Shown piece after piece: positions 11,927-22,898 of a stretch of DNA of 64,000 bases. Origin of the DNA: Octopus sinensis. Lineage: Eukaryota. Each line of letters starts with the position of its first letter. Position 1 is the first letter of the stretch. The notes beneath the pieces are model-generated. The model was not told the origin of the DNA and made no database searches. It saw nothing but the letters and a program-made list of their open reading frames with translations. The stretch is from positions 8,432,001 through 8,496,000 of the forward strand of contig NC_043000.1 of assembly GCF_006345805.1 (NCBI RefSeq). The letters run 5' to 3'. The translations under genes were made by a program, and so were the position numbers.

Positions 11927-14900
11927 AACATATTTATGGATATCATTGTTTTATTTTATTACGTTGACCAGATCTTAGATGATAAACTGGAATGGACTGT
12001 TCAACCTAAAGTGGGTTCGAAGATCAATATTACCCACAAACCTGGTGGTGGAGATAAAAAGGTAAGATTCAGTTGATTTACTCTGTTGCATCTCTTTTAT
12101 TTTGGCGCTATTCTTGATAAATAATTCCTTGCTTTCACAATACTATTAATCCTAAATTGCTTCAGTTCCGTATGTTACATATACTGAAAAAATGGAAACA
12201 TACATCTAGCGCTGCTGAGAATATGATTCAAAATTTAATAAAATATACTGAATTTATTAGAATCTTAAGGTTGTGATTGAAGTTATACAAATATAATAAT
12301 AGTAATTTTTCTTTTATCTTTTATTATTTTCTATTATTTACTTGTTTCAGTCATTATACTGTGGCTATGTTGAGACACCATCTTGAAGAGTTTGGTCAAA
12401 CAAATCAACTCTATCTTTTATTTCTAAGTCTAATTACTTATTTTATCTGTCTTTTTTGCCGAACTGTTAAGTTATGAGAATATAGTCAAACCTATAGTAG
12501 TTGTGGAGCAGTAGTGGGAAACAAACACAAAGACACACATACATATGTATGTATATACAAACACACACACACACACACAAACAAGCATTGGGCTTCTGCA
12601 CATTTTCCATGTATTAAATTCACCTACAAAGCATTGGAAGACTCACTCACCCAAAGTGCCACATAGTTGGAATGAATCTAAAACCAAGCAAGGTTGTTCA
12701 CCTCACAGCCATGTGTGTTGTTTTCTTTTCTTACTTTTAGGTACAGGCATGGCTATGTGGTAAGACGGTTGCTTCCCAACTACATGGTTCTGGGTTCATC
12801 CCACTGCTTGGCACCTTAGGCTAATATCTGCCACTATAGCTTCGGCTGACCAAAGCCTTGCGAGTGGATTTGGTAGACAGAAACTGAAAGAAGGCGGAAA
12901 CATTAGAACGCTGGGCGAAATGCTTAGTGGTATTTCATCTGTCTTTACGTTCTGAGTTCAAATTCCGCGGAGGTCGACTTTGCCTTTCATCCTTTAGGGG
13001 TCGATAAATTAAGTACCAGTTACGCACTGGGGTCGATGTAATCAACTTAATCTGTTTGTCTGTCCTTGTTTGTCCCCTCTATGTTTAGCCCCTTGTGGGC
13101 AATAAAGAAATAAGAAACTGAAAGAAGCTCATTGTATCTATTATTTGTGTGTGTTTGTCCCCTACTGCTGTTTGTTGACTAGTGCTGGTGTGTTTATGTC
13201 CCTGTAACTTAGCAGTTCAGCAAAAGAGTCTGATGGAATAAATACCAGGCTTTAAAAAAGAAATTATAAGTACTAGGGTTGATCCATTTGACTAAATATT
13301 CTTCAAGGCAATGCCCCAGCATGGTCACCACTGAATGACTGAAATGAGTAAAAGATAAAAGATTCTTTTAACTCTTTAGCATTCAGATAATTCTGTTAAA
13401 CGTAAAGCTTATTCATTCACATTATTTTTTAATTATCTTGTAGCTTGAAGACTTTGACGATGTAGTAGTTTATTTTTAGAATGACACTGTAGGGTAGATG
13501 TGAGGGGCCAATCTGGCCAGTCTGAACACAAAGCAAGTAGACTGGTCTAAATGCTAAAGAGTTAAATGAGTGGAAACGTTGAGAGCTTTTATGCCAAACA
13601 TTATATTGCTAATAATAATGATTGTTTTCTTTAACACCAGCAGCTACAAATTGGGGCTTTTCTAATATATTTTGCAGTGTTTCGCTATTAGCAGTGTGGT
13701 TTTTTTTTTTTTTTTTTTAATTTTGACTTCGACAAAAGCAACAATACTAAAAATGTATGATTGGATTAATTAATCTTTGTTTTAATTCAGGACAAAAATT
13801 CAAGATTAATTTGCTTATATAAATTCACATTTTATTCGGAAAGAAATTTGTTTGTGATTAGATATTTTTTTTCTTTTTACAATTAGTTAAATTTTAACTA
13901 ATATCTTATAAGCAAATATTTTTGTCATAAAACTTAGATTTTGCACTAATTATGTTGCCCCATAAAAATTTGTAGATAGTTTAATAAAATAACATCTTGT
14001 CTGAATTATATATTTTATTTTCTCAAATTCAAACCATTTAGTGATGCTCAGTAAACTCAAAGAAAGGAAAAAAAACCAAAAAAACAGTTATTTTTTTTTT
14101 CTTACTTGCATCTTCATAATTAGGCATATTCTGTAATTTACCTCCCTAATTCAGGTATTGGATGAGAAAGTAGAGTGGAATGTTCAGCCAAAAGTTGGCT
14201 CCAAGGATAATATTACTCACAAACCAGGTGGTGGGGATAAGAAGGTGAGTAGGTTAGAACCAGCTTGACTTTGAACTTCCATTTGTTTCTCAAGAGTCAG
14301 CATACCTTTTTTGGACTGCAAAAAATGTTCCAAATGTGTATATGTATGTAATTATGCATTTATGTATGTACATATATGTATGTGTGTGCATGTGTGTGTA
14401 ACTGCAAAAGAAAACACCTCAATCTGTCAAGAGTTACCACTAGCTTTGTAACTGCTTGTTTGATATTTCTCTGGACAATTGCTTTGGATTCAACCACAAT
14501 TGATCCGATATCATTGTAGCTTGTCTTGTTGCAAATGCATATGCAAACAGAACTAATTGTTTTGTTTTAAATGAAAAGAAAATGAAACAAACCCTACATT
14601 TTGTGAAAAGGCAAGTAGTAAGTAATCTTAAAGATATTAAAAGAGTCATTAATATTTGCTACTGGCTTCATATTCTGAGGTGAATGGAATGATTAATGAA
14701 TTCACTAAATGGTTCCTACTTACATGGAGTAATATAGTTTTTTTCTTCTATAAAATAGGAAACTAATTTTCTTTTTATTTGTGTATAAAATTCTGGCATG
14801 TGATTTTGTTTTTGATCTTGAATTAATGTTGTTTTTGTTGTGTTGGTGCAATGATAATCTTTTTTTCCTATGGTTTTCTGCATTATGCAGTTTTACTGTA

Positions 14901-17900
14901 ATTTACCTGGAGTAGAAACAGAAACTCTGGGAAACATTTTATATCAGATATACTACTGATATATACTTCTCAAATTGCACCTGGTGTTGTTTTTAACTTG
15001 TTTTCAAAGTAGGTGGACATAAAAAGTATCGATGAATTAAACACATTGAACAGATTCTGTACATATTGAAGTGCCTCCCAATGAATAATGAAGAAATCGG
15101 TGCATTGTATTACATGAACCGATTTCTTCAGAAATTTTCATTATTCAAATATCAAAACATTTTCATTTCACTTCTTGCGACATCTTCAATGAGTTAAGCA
15201 TATTCTTTAATTTACCTCCCTAACTCAGGTAATGGATGAGAAAGTAGAGTGGATTGCTCAGCCAAAAGTTGGCTCCAAGGATAATATTACTCACAAACCA
15301 GGTGGTGGGGATAAGAAGGTGAGTAGGTTAGAACCAGCTTGACTTTGAACTTCCATCTGTTTCTCAAGAGTCAGCATACCTTTTTTGGACTGCAAAAATT
15401 TCCCAAATGCATCTCTTCTGATAAATGTATTTGTATTATATATACATATTTATTTATTTATAAATATATGTAATCACAAAATAAAATACATTGATTTATC
15501 AAGTGTCAGCATGAAAGTTTTGCAACTCTGCTTATTTGATATTTCTTTGGACAGTTGCTTTGGTTCTGGCCCAATGATTTAATATCATTGTGGGTTGCAA
15601 TGGTGCAGTTGCATATACATTTAGAACAGATAAAACAAAATGGTAAAAAAAAACATGCCCTGCATTTTGAATAACAAATAAGTAATAAGTGGTCTTGAAG
15701 ACTTTTGCATTTTCGTCAGTAAATCTTCATAAGTTCAAGGAAACATTAGCATTTTCGATTGGGTTTTACATTCTGAAGTGAATCAAATTAATGAATTCAC
15801 GAAGAGTTCAAAGCCAAAATGGTACATACTTACTTGTAATGATATAAATATTTCTTCTGTAAAATGTGAAATTATTTTCTTAATATTCCTTATATTTGAT
15901 TGCAAAATATTATGTTGCATGCAATTTTGAATTAATGTTGTATTTGTTGATTGTGTTAGTGCAATGATACCTTTCTTTTTTGTGTGTGTGTGTGTCTGTG
16001 ATTTTCTGTGTAATGCAAGTTTTATTGTAATTTACCTGCATTAGTAACAGAAACTCTTGTAATCATGTCAAATATAGTATTAATGTAATCTTTGTGAATT
16101 GTACCTAGAGTGTTAGAGTGTTGTTTATTTTTTATATATATGTCATTTATTCTAGAATAGTTGGACAAAGTAAAAAAGATATGTGAAATAAAGCAATTAA
16201 CAGATTCTGTTGTGCACTGAAGTATTATCAAAGATAACACATGCACTTATTCACTATATTTTATTATTAGATTTTCAGAACATGTTCATCACCCTTTCTG
16301 TAATCTTTTCAATAATCTATGTTGCGACTAATTCCAACAACAAAGAAATCAGTGTGTGTGTTACTTTGTCAGCATTCCAATGTGCTGTGGAATCTATTCA
16401 TTGTTTACTTTGTTTCAACATACAGAGCCGTAGAAATACATCCAAATGAATGCAATATTTATATTCATGTTGCTGTTGTTTGACTATCTTTAGCTACTTT
16501 TATAGCTATAAATATGCTCCCTTTACTCTCATTTGAGTTCTAAGCCGTCAGTTAGGCAGTATTTTATATTGAAATATCCTAAAGCTGCTATATCTTGTTT
16601 GCGTTGGATTGGAAAACTGTCAGATGCCTGTTCCAGTTCTTTGTGTTCTGACAGAAATGCTTGCAACAACACTGGTGCCAAGCTGTATCAGCCCAATTTG
16701 GCAACTTTTCCCTCGGATAAACATCAAAGGTATAGAGTGGTGGGGAGGATACAGTACATACATGTACCAAGGTATGGTAACTGTTGACTGATGGTAGTCC
16801 TCTGAGTGCACTTACATTTAAGATTTCAGCACAGTCCATAGATATCAATTATTCTAGTGTTATAATTTTATATTTCATAGTTGATCTACTGTTAAGGTCT
16901 TATATCTACTTTTTGATATGTTATCATGTAAATTTTTTTTAATTTTAATTTTAGTTCTGTTGATGCTAACTTTTTTATATTTCTTATATTTAGTACCTTA
17001 TTAAAATTCATAGAATTCAAAATTTATTTTTGACAAAATCAGATATCCATTAAATCTATATTATACCAAATTTAGAAACATTTGAAGAATTACTATCATT
17101 TACTACTAAAATATATATAATTTTAGCATAATTCGGTATAATTGTCCTTGATATTTATTTTTATAATTCTTAATTGATTTTATGTTACACTGTGAATTTG
17201 GAGAAATAGTTTACATATAATTTTTACTTAACTCTTAAGGTCCTACAGTGCTTTCGCTATATAAATATCCTGTTAGAAGTTTTGATGAAATACAGCCAGC
17301 CCAATATAATAGTCATAAAAATATAACTATTGCATGAATTTGAATGGCATAGGATTATAGGATATGATGATTGTTAGTGTATATTGTAAACGTGATTTTT
17401 ACTTGTTGTCATGCCTTTTCACTTGCCCAGGTAGGATGAATATGGGTAGCTGATTAAACATAGGTGTTTTTTCACATATATTTACAAGATATTTCCTTAG
17501 TATCGATTTCCAGTCTCAGAGCTGAATTTGTGAGCCAGTTGTCTCTGTGACTTGGAAACTGCACAAATCCCTCCCTGATACCTTCATCTCTTCCATTGAT
17601 GGACCGACAGTGGTGTTGCCCTGGCGACTGGCAAAGATTGTGGTCTCATCATTCATTCTGTTAGATGTTTATTCAGGAAAAACCAAAGTTAAAGAAAATA
17701 CTTGATGTTCTAAATTCAAAGATTTTGAAGGACCAACATTACACCTGCAATGACTAATTCTGAGATCACTTACTCCTACTCAGAATCAGTAAATCCCAAT
17801 ATCACTTAGATTAATGGTGTGTAGAGATGACTCTGAAAGATCACTGATTATCTCCTCTGAATCCAAGCTTTCTTTCTCTAAATCCTTAATGAATAATAAC

Positions 17901-20569
17901 AAATAAGTCATTATTGAATAATATCACCTAATTCTAAGTCACTGACTCAGGTATTAATTGCCATAATGTTTTGTCAGACATTCACTCTGTTTACTGCAAA
18001 AAATAATAATAAATAAATAAATGTCTGTAGTGCAAACTGGAAGATTTTTAATAAGATATTTCTAAAATCTGGTGATATGTCCAAGAAGGTAACTAGAAGG
18101 GAGTACGGAGACAGGACAATTGACCGGGATGGGCACGTTTGCAAGCATGTGAAGGGAGATCAAAAGATGGAGGTAAGCATGGAGTGGAAGTAGTGAATGG
18201 TGCACAGGGCTATAAGAATTGATGGTAAACATTCATTGGGGAAGCAATAAAAATGATGAACTGATGTCAGTTGATGTAACTGAGAGGAAAGGAGAGGGTG
18301 AGTGGCAGTATAGAAATGGTTTGTGGTAACGTTCTGGTTTCATTACTTACTGCATCAGAATAATACAGAAGAAAAAAGAGTGATGCAAGGATCAAGTGCT
18401 AAAGAGATGCGGGATTGGGCTAAAGATTGCATTTGTAGGGATAAAAAAGGGGTGGGCAATGGTAAAAAAAAATTTTCTAAAATATGGGTGGGGGACTAGA
18501 AAGATACATTGCATATATGCTAGTCTTTTCTTTTAATTGCTTTGTAAACTCTATGGTTACCTATGATGCTTAATCAAAATTTATATTGTGCCTTCATGAA
18601 AATATTGCTAAAATTAGTTTGAAATTGATGTTGAAACCTACAGTATCTCTTGAACAAATGAAAAACGTATTTAAACACAGCACTTGCTGTAAGTTGGAAA
18701 GAGATCTTGTGAAAAATGTAAAGCTTTGAGAAAGATATTTAAAAATTCCATAAAATCAATGAAATTCAGAATTCAACTTAACTGTTTTCTCCTCTCACTG
18801 TCATATATGTAACTGGCAAAAATTTACACACACACACACACACATGTATATACACCAATATTTTTCTGTATATAAAAATGGCAATCATAGGTAAACAACT
18901 ATCACTTAGAGTTAAGATTCAGAATTAGAAATAAAAATTTCGATGCTGTCCGTTTATAAAATAAAGTGTATATATGTATGTGTGCATATATATATCTGTA
19001 TGTATGTATGTATGTATGTATGTTTGTATGTATACATACATACATAGATACATACATACATACATAGATACATACATACATACATACATACATAAATACA
19101 TACATACATATATACATACATACATACATGTATGTATGTGTATATATGTGTGTGTGTGTGCATACATGTATATCTATGTGTGTATTTATGTATTTATAGA
19201 TATATATTTATATTCCTAAATATATGTATGTTCATGTGTGTATCACATGATATGTGATCAACCAGATTATCAGCTGTTATACATCACTAGTCACAATGCA
19301 CTTTGCATCGTTCTAGCTTTCGAATGATGCCATCTCACTGAGTAGGCAAGCAGGCTATGTATATATATATATATTTATATATCCATGCACACATACAAAC
19401 ACTCATATCATGTATATATGTCTTACAATCTTGTTTTAGAAGTTTTTTAAACTGAATTTCCCTCTAAAACTATATACTTCAAAACGAAAATATATAAGAA
19501 ATGGAATCCCAAAACTATTAATTCCTATATGATGTTACACCTATAATTGATATGCACTCTTCTCTATCTTCTCTATTTACTAATATTGGTTCTTGCAGAA
19601 AACCTATTATTTATTTGTTCTTGCGGTGCTGTTGATGTTGTATTGCACTTCTATTGACTGTTTTTCTTTCACATCTCTAATCTTATTCTTCTTTTGGGAA
19701 ACTGGCCTTTCTACTTTCCTTCTTTTTAACATTTTTTTTTAATTAACTGTAAATTTCGTACCAATTATAATCTTATTAACTTACAGAAAACTCATAAAAG
19801 CTTAAATATTTTTGCTTTCTTCTTTTTTTTCTTCCACCTGGAATTTAATTTCATTTCATTGTCTTTTATTCCAAAATATCGTTTGATGATCTCTGAAAAT
19901 TATTAACTTTTCATTTAACTTGTTGTAAATAACATAGATTGAAGACCAGAAATTAGAATGGAAAGCTGGATCCAAAGTAGGATCTAAAGACAACCTGAAA
20001 CATGTACCTGGCGGTGGAGAAATTAAGGTAAGCAAAATTCCCTGAAATAATGGAAGAGTCTAAAAATGATTTTTTTATTAGTATTCATTTGTTTAATCAT
20101 CTTTGTTTCAGTTATGACATCAATGTTATGTGTATTGTTGTTGTTGTTGTTATTATTGTTATTATTATTGTTATTAAGGCAGCAAGCTGGCAGAATTGCT
20201 AGAACATCAGGTTAAATGTTTAGTAGCATTTTGTCTGTCTATATGTTCTGAATTCAAATTCACCCAAAGTTGACTTTGCCTTCCATCCTTTCAGGAGCAA
20301 TTAAATATGTACCAGTTTAGTACTGGTGTTGATATAATCCACAACTATCCCCTCCCACCCACCAAAAAAAAAAAAAATTCAGGCCTTGTTCTAATTGTAG
20401 AAACAATTAATTGAAGGCAGTGAGCTGGCAGAATCATCACTGCCCCACACAAATTGGTTAGCAGCACTTCTTTTGGTTCTATATTCCTAGTTCAAATTCC
20501 ACTAAGGGTCAATGTAATTGACTAATTCCCTCTCACAATATTTCAGGCCTTGTGCCTGTTATGGAAAAG

Positions 20570-20611
<42 letters not shown>

Positions 20612-20612
20612 G

Positions 20613-20650
<38 letters not shown>

Positions 20651-22841
20651 TAACATACTGGCTAAATCATTAGAACATTGCAGAAAATGCTTAGCAGTAT
20701 TTATTCTGGTCTTTTACATTCTGAGTTCAGTACACACCGATGTCAACTGTGCCTTTCATCCTTTCAAGGTTGATAAAATATTCTATATCAGTCAAGTATT
20801 GGGGGTGGGTGGGTCTGTGATAATGATTGACTAAAACTACTATTATTATCATTATTATTTTGATACTTTAGGATATCTATGTTTTGTACTAATGGTGTTT
20901 ATTTTCTTCATAGTTATAAGCTATTGCTATTTTTCATTTTTTTTTTTTTTGTTGGAGGTGGGATGGCAGATAATTTATTTACAGAGTAATTCCAGACCAT
21001 ATCAATTTTTGCTTTTTATTCAATAGCCCAAGAAAATAAAAGAATCAGACCCGCTCGAGTCGTTTAAACATACAAATTTAATTTATCTCATATTTTATTG
21101 CTACTAATTCCTGTTTTGATGTATTGCTTGTAATTCACGTTTTACAGATTTGATTTGTTATAGCTAACTAAAATTAACAAATAATCTATTTTTGAAAAGC
21201 CAAATAAATGAATTTAGTAAAATGTATTTATTCACAAAAAGAACTTCTTTCCTCACAAAGATTCCATTTAGACAGTTTCTGTTTCCTTTCCCATTTTCTT
21301 TTTAATGCTCAAGTGTCTACTGTTCTATGCTGGCATTCCTTAATAGTGCTACATTTTTATTTTAATCTATTAGAATCAATAGATTGGGCACGTTTTCTAA
21401 AATGTCTATCTTCTTTTTAAGTTTTTAACAGCACTCAATTAGATTTCTGTTCCCAATTTTATTTTGAATTGGCGGAATCTTTGTATTAGCATGAGGTGTG
21501 TGGTATCTTTATATTAATTTTTAAATAGTTTCACTTGCTGTTTATACTTCAGCTCATGGAAATGGTGTTGTTTTATATTTTGTTGTAAGTTAGATATGTC
21601 TATTTTGAAATTTTCCTCTCCTGGGTTGTGTTTATTATGGGATTTCTAATTTAGTTCATTTGATGCCTTTCTTCATTTCCCCCTTTTTTTTTTGTTTAAA
21701 TTAAATATATAGTACAATTTGCCTAATATGAAATTTCTTCCAATATTTTTTTTAATAATTTTTCCTTTATATTACTAAGAACAGTTAAGTTTATAAAATG
21801 AGTTCTGTAACTCTTTCAAGAAATTTTACTATTTTACATTAGTAATACAACACATAACTGGAGTTTACTTTGGTTTCATTAAAAGAAAGGAGAAACAAGT
21901 TGTCATTTATTGTTCTTTGTTAATCTTTGAGAATGATTTATGAATTTGTTTATTCTTCAGAATAATTTGTTATTCTTTAGAGTGACTGTAGACCCATTAG
22001 AACTGTCCCCCAACACCTATTTTGTATTTCTATTCAGTTTCATGTTTTGAAATGGAACTAGGAAAATATCCTCTTGTCTCTCAAATTATTTTATAGTTGG
22101 TTGGTAGCCACAATGAAACTATTCTGGTAGGAATTTTCTTTGAGGAATTTCATATTATTTTCATTTCAATAAATGTCCATTGTTACTTTGGTTATCTTGA
22201 CAAATCGAACATGTACTCACAAGTGAAAACTACTTAAGGATCAAATATTATTATATAATGTACTAAAACTGCTGAGTTCTATTTCCAGTGAAAATAAGTC
22301 TATTTATTTATTGATTTTTATACTGAGGAAACATCCTTTGAAGCTGTCAGTTATCTGTTAATAAAAACTGTTGGTTCTCTACAGATTCCATCGCAAAACG
22401 TTCTTGGAAAGGAAGTTGACTCAAACGTTGGTTGTATTAGTGACGAAGACCACCAAGCTGTTGGTGGTATTGCATCATCTCCTCCTCCTCCTTCTTCTTC
22501 ACTACCACAGGTAACATTGGCTTTGGTCTGGCTGCCCTCCTCCTCCATTTCAATAAAAAAAGTGAAAATTAGTGTAATGGCTATTGATTCACCTCTTAGT
22601 GAAATTAATTGCTACTCCACTTGGAACCTTTTCACAGATTATGAAAACTGACCCCGCCGATTTTAAAAAAAATCAAGGAATTTTACACTCCGTATTTATT
22701 AGCTTTTGATATGCATGGCTTCCTTTAGTTTTATATATTTGTAAACACCTGGCAAAAATACAAAGAAACACATTTGCTGTTTCTTTTTTTTTTCCAATTG
22801 ATTTACACTATTGCTTTGTTTTACACACACACATGTATATG

Positions 22842-22898
<57 letters not shown>

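Larger units (their letters stand above)
14100..16210 (+). repeat. Tandem duplication of a ~1.07-kb unit carrying one tau repeat exon (units ~14100-15060 and ~15172-16210)
   Basis: Collinear matching blocks, e.g. 14125/15198 (acceptor region), 14245/15319, 14460/15537, 14818/15928, 14875/16002, 15050/16200. Confidence 0.9.

Noticed and set aside
12945-12975. tRNA-like box B (gagttcaaattcc) recurring many times
   Set aside because: Heads of tRNA-derived SINEs; no complete cloverleaf, so not called tRNA genes
14387-14392. TGCATG (Rbfox motif) downstream of exon D but not at the matching place after exon E
   Set aside because: Embedded in a TG/TA microsatellite where the hexamer arises easily by chance
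16655-16771. AG...GT-bounded 117-nt stretch with patches resembling exons D/E (tcagcc..ttggc, ggataa, gtggtgggga), a possible third decayed copy
   Set aside because: It has a stop in the required phase 0, is about 300 bp out of register with the duplication period, has no flanking intron homology, and the matches are short enough to be chance
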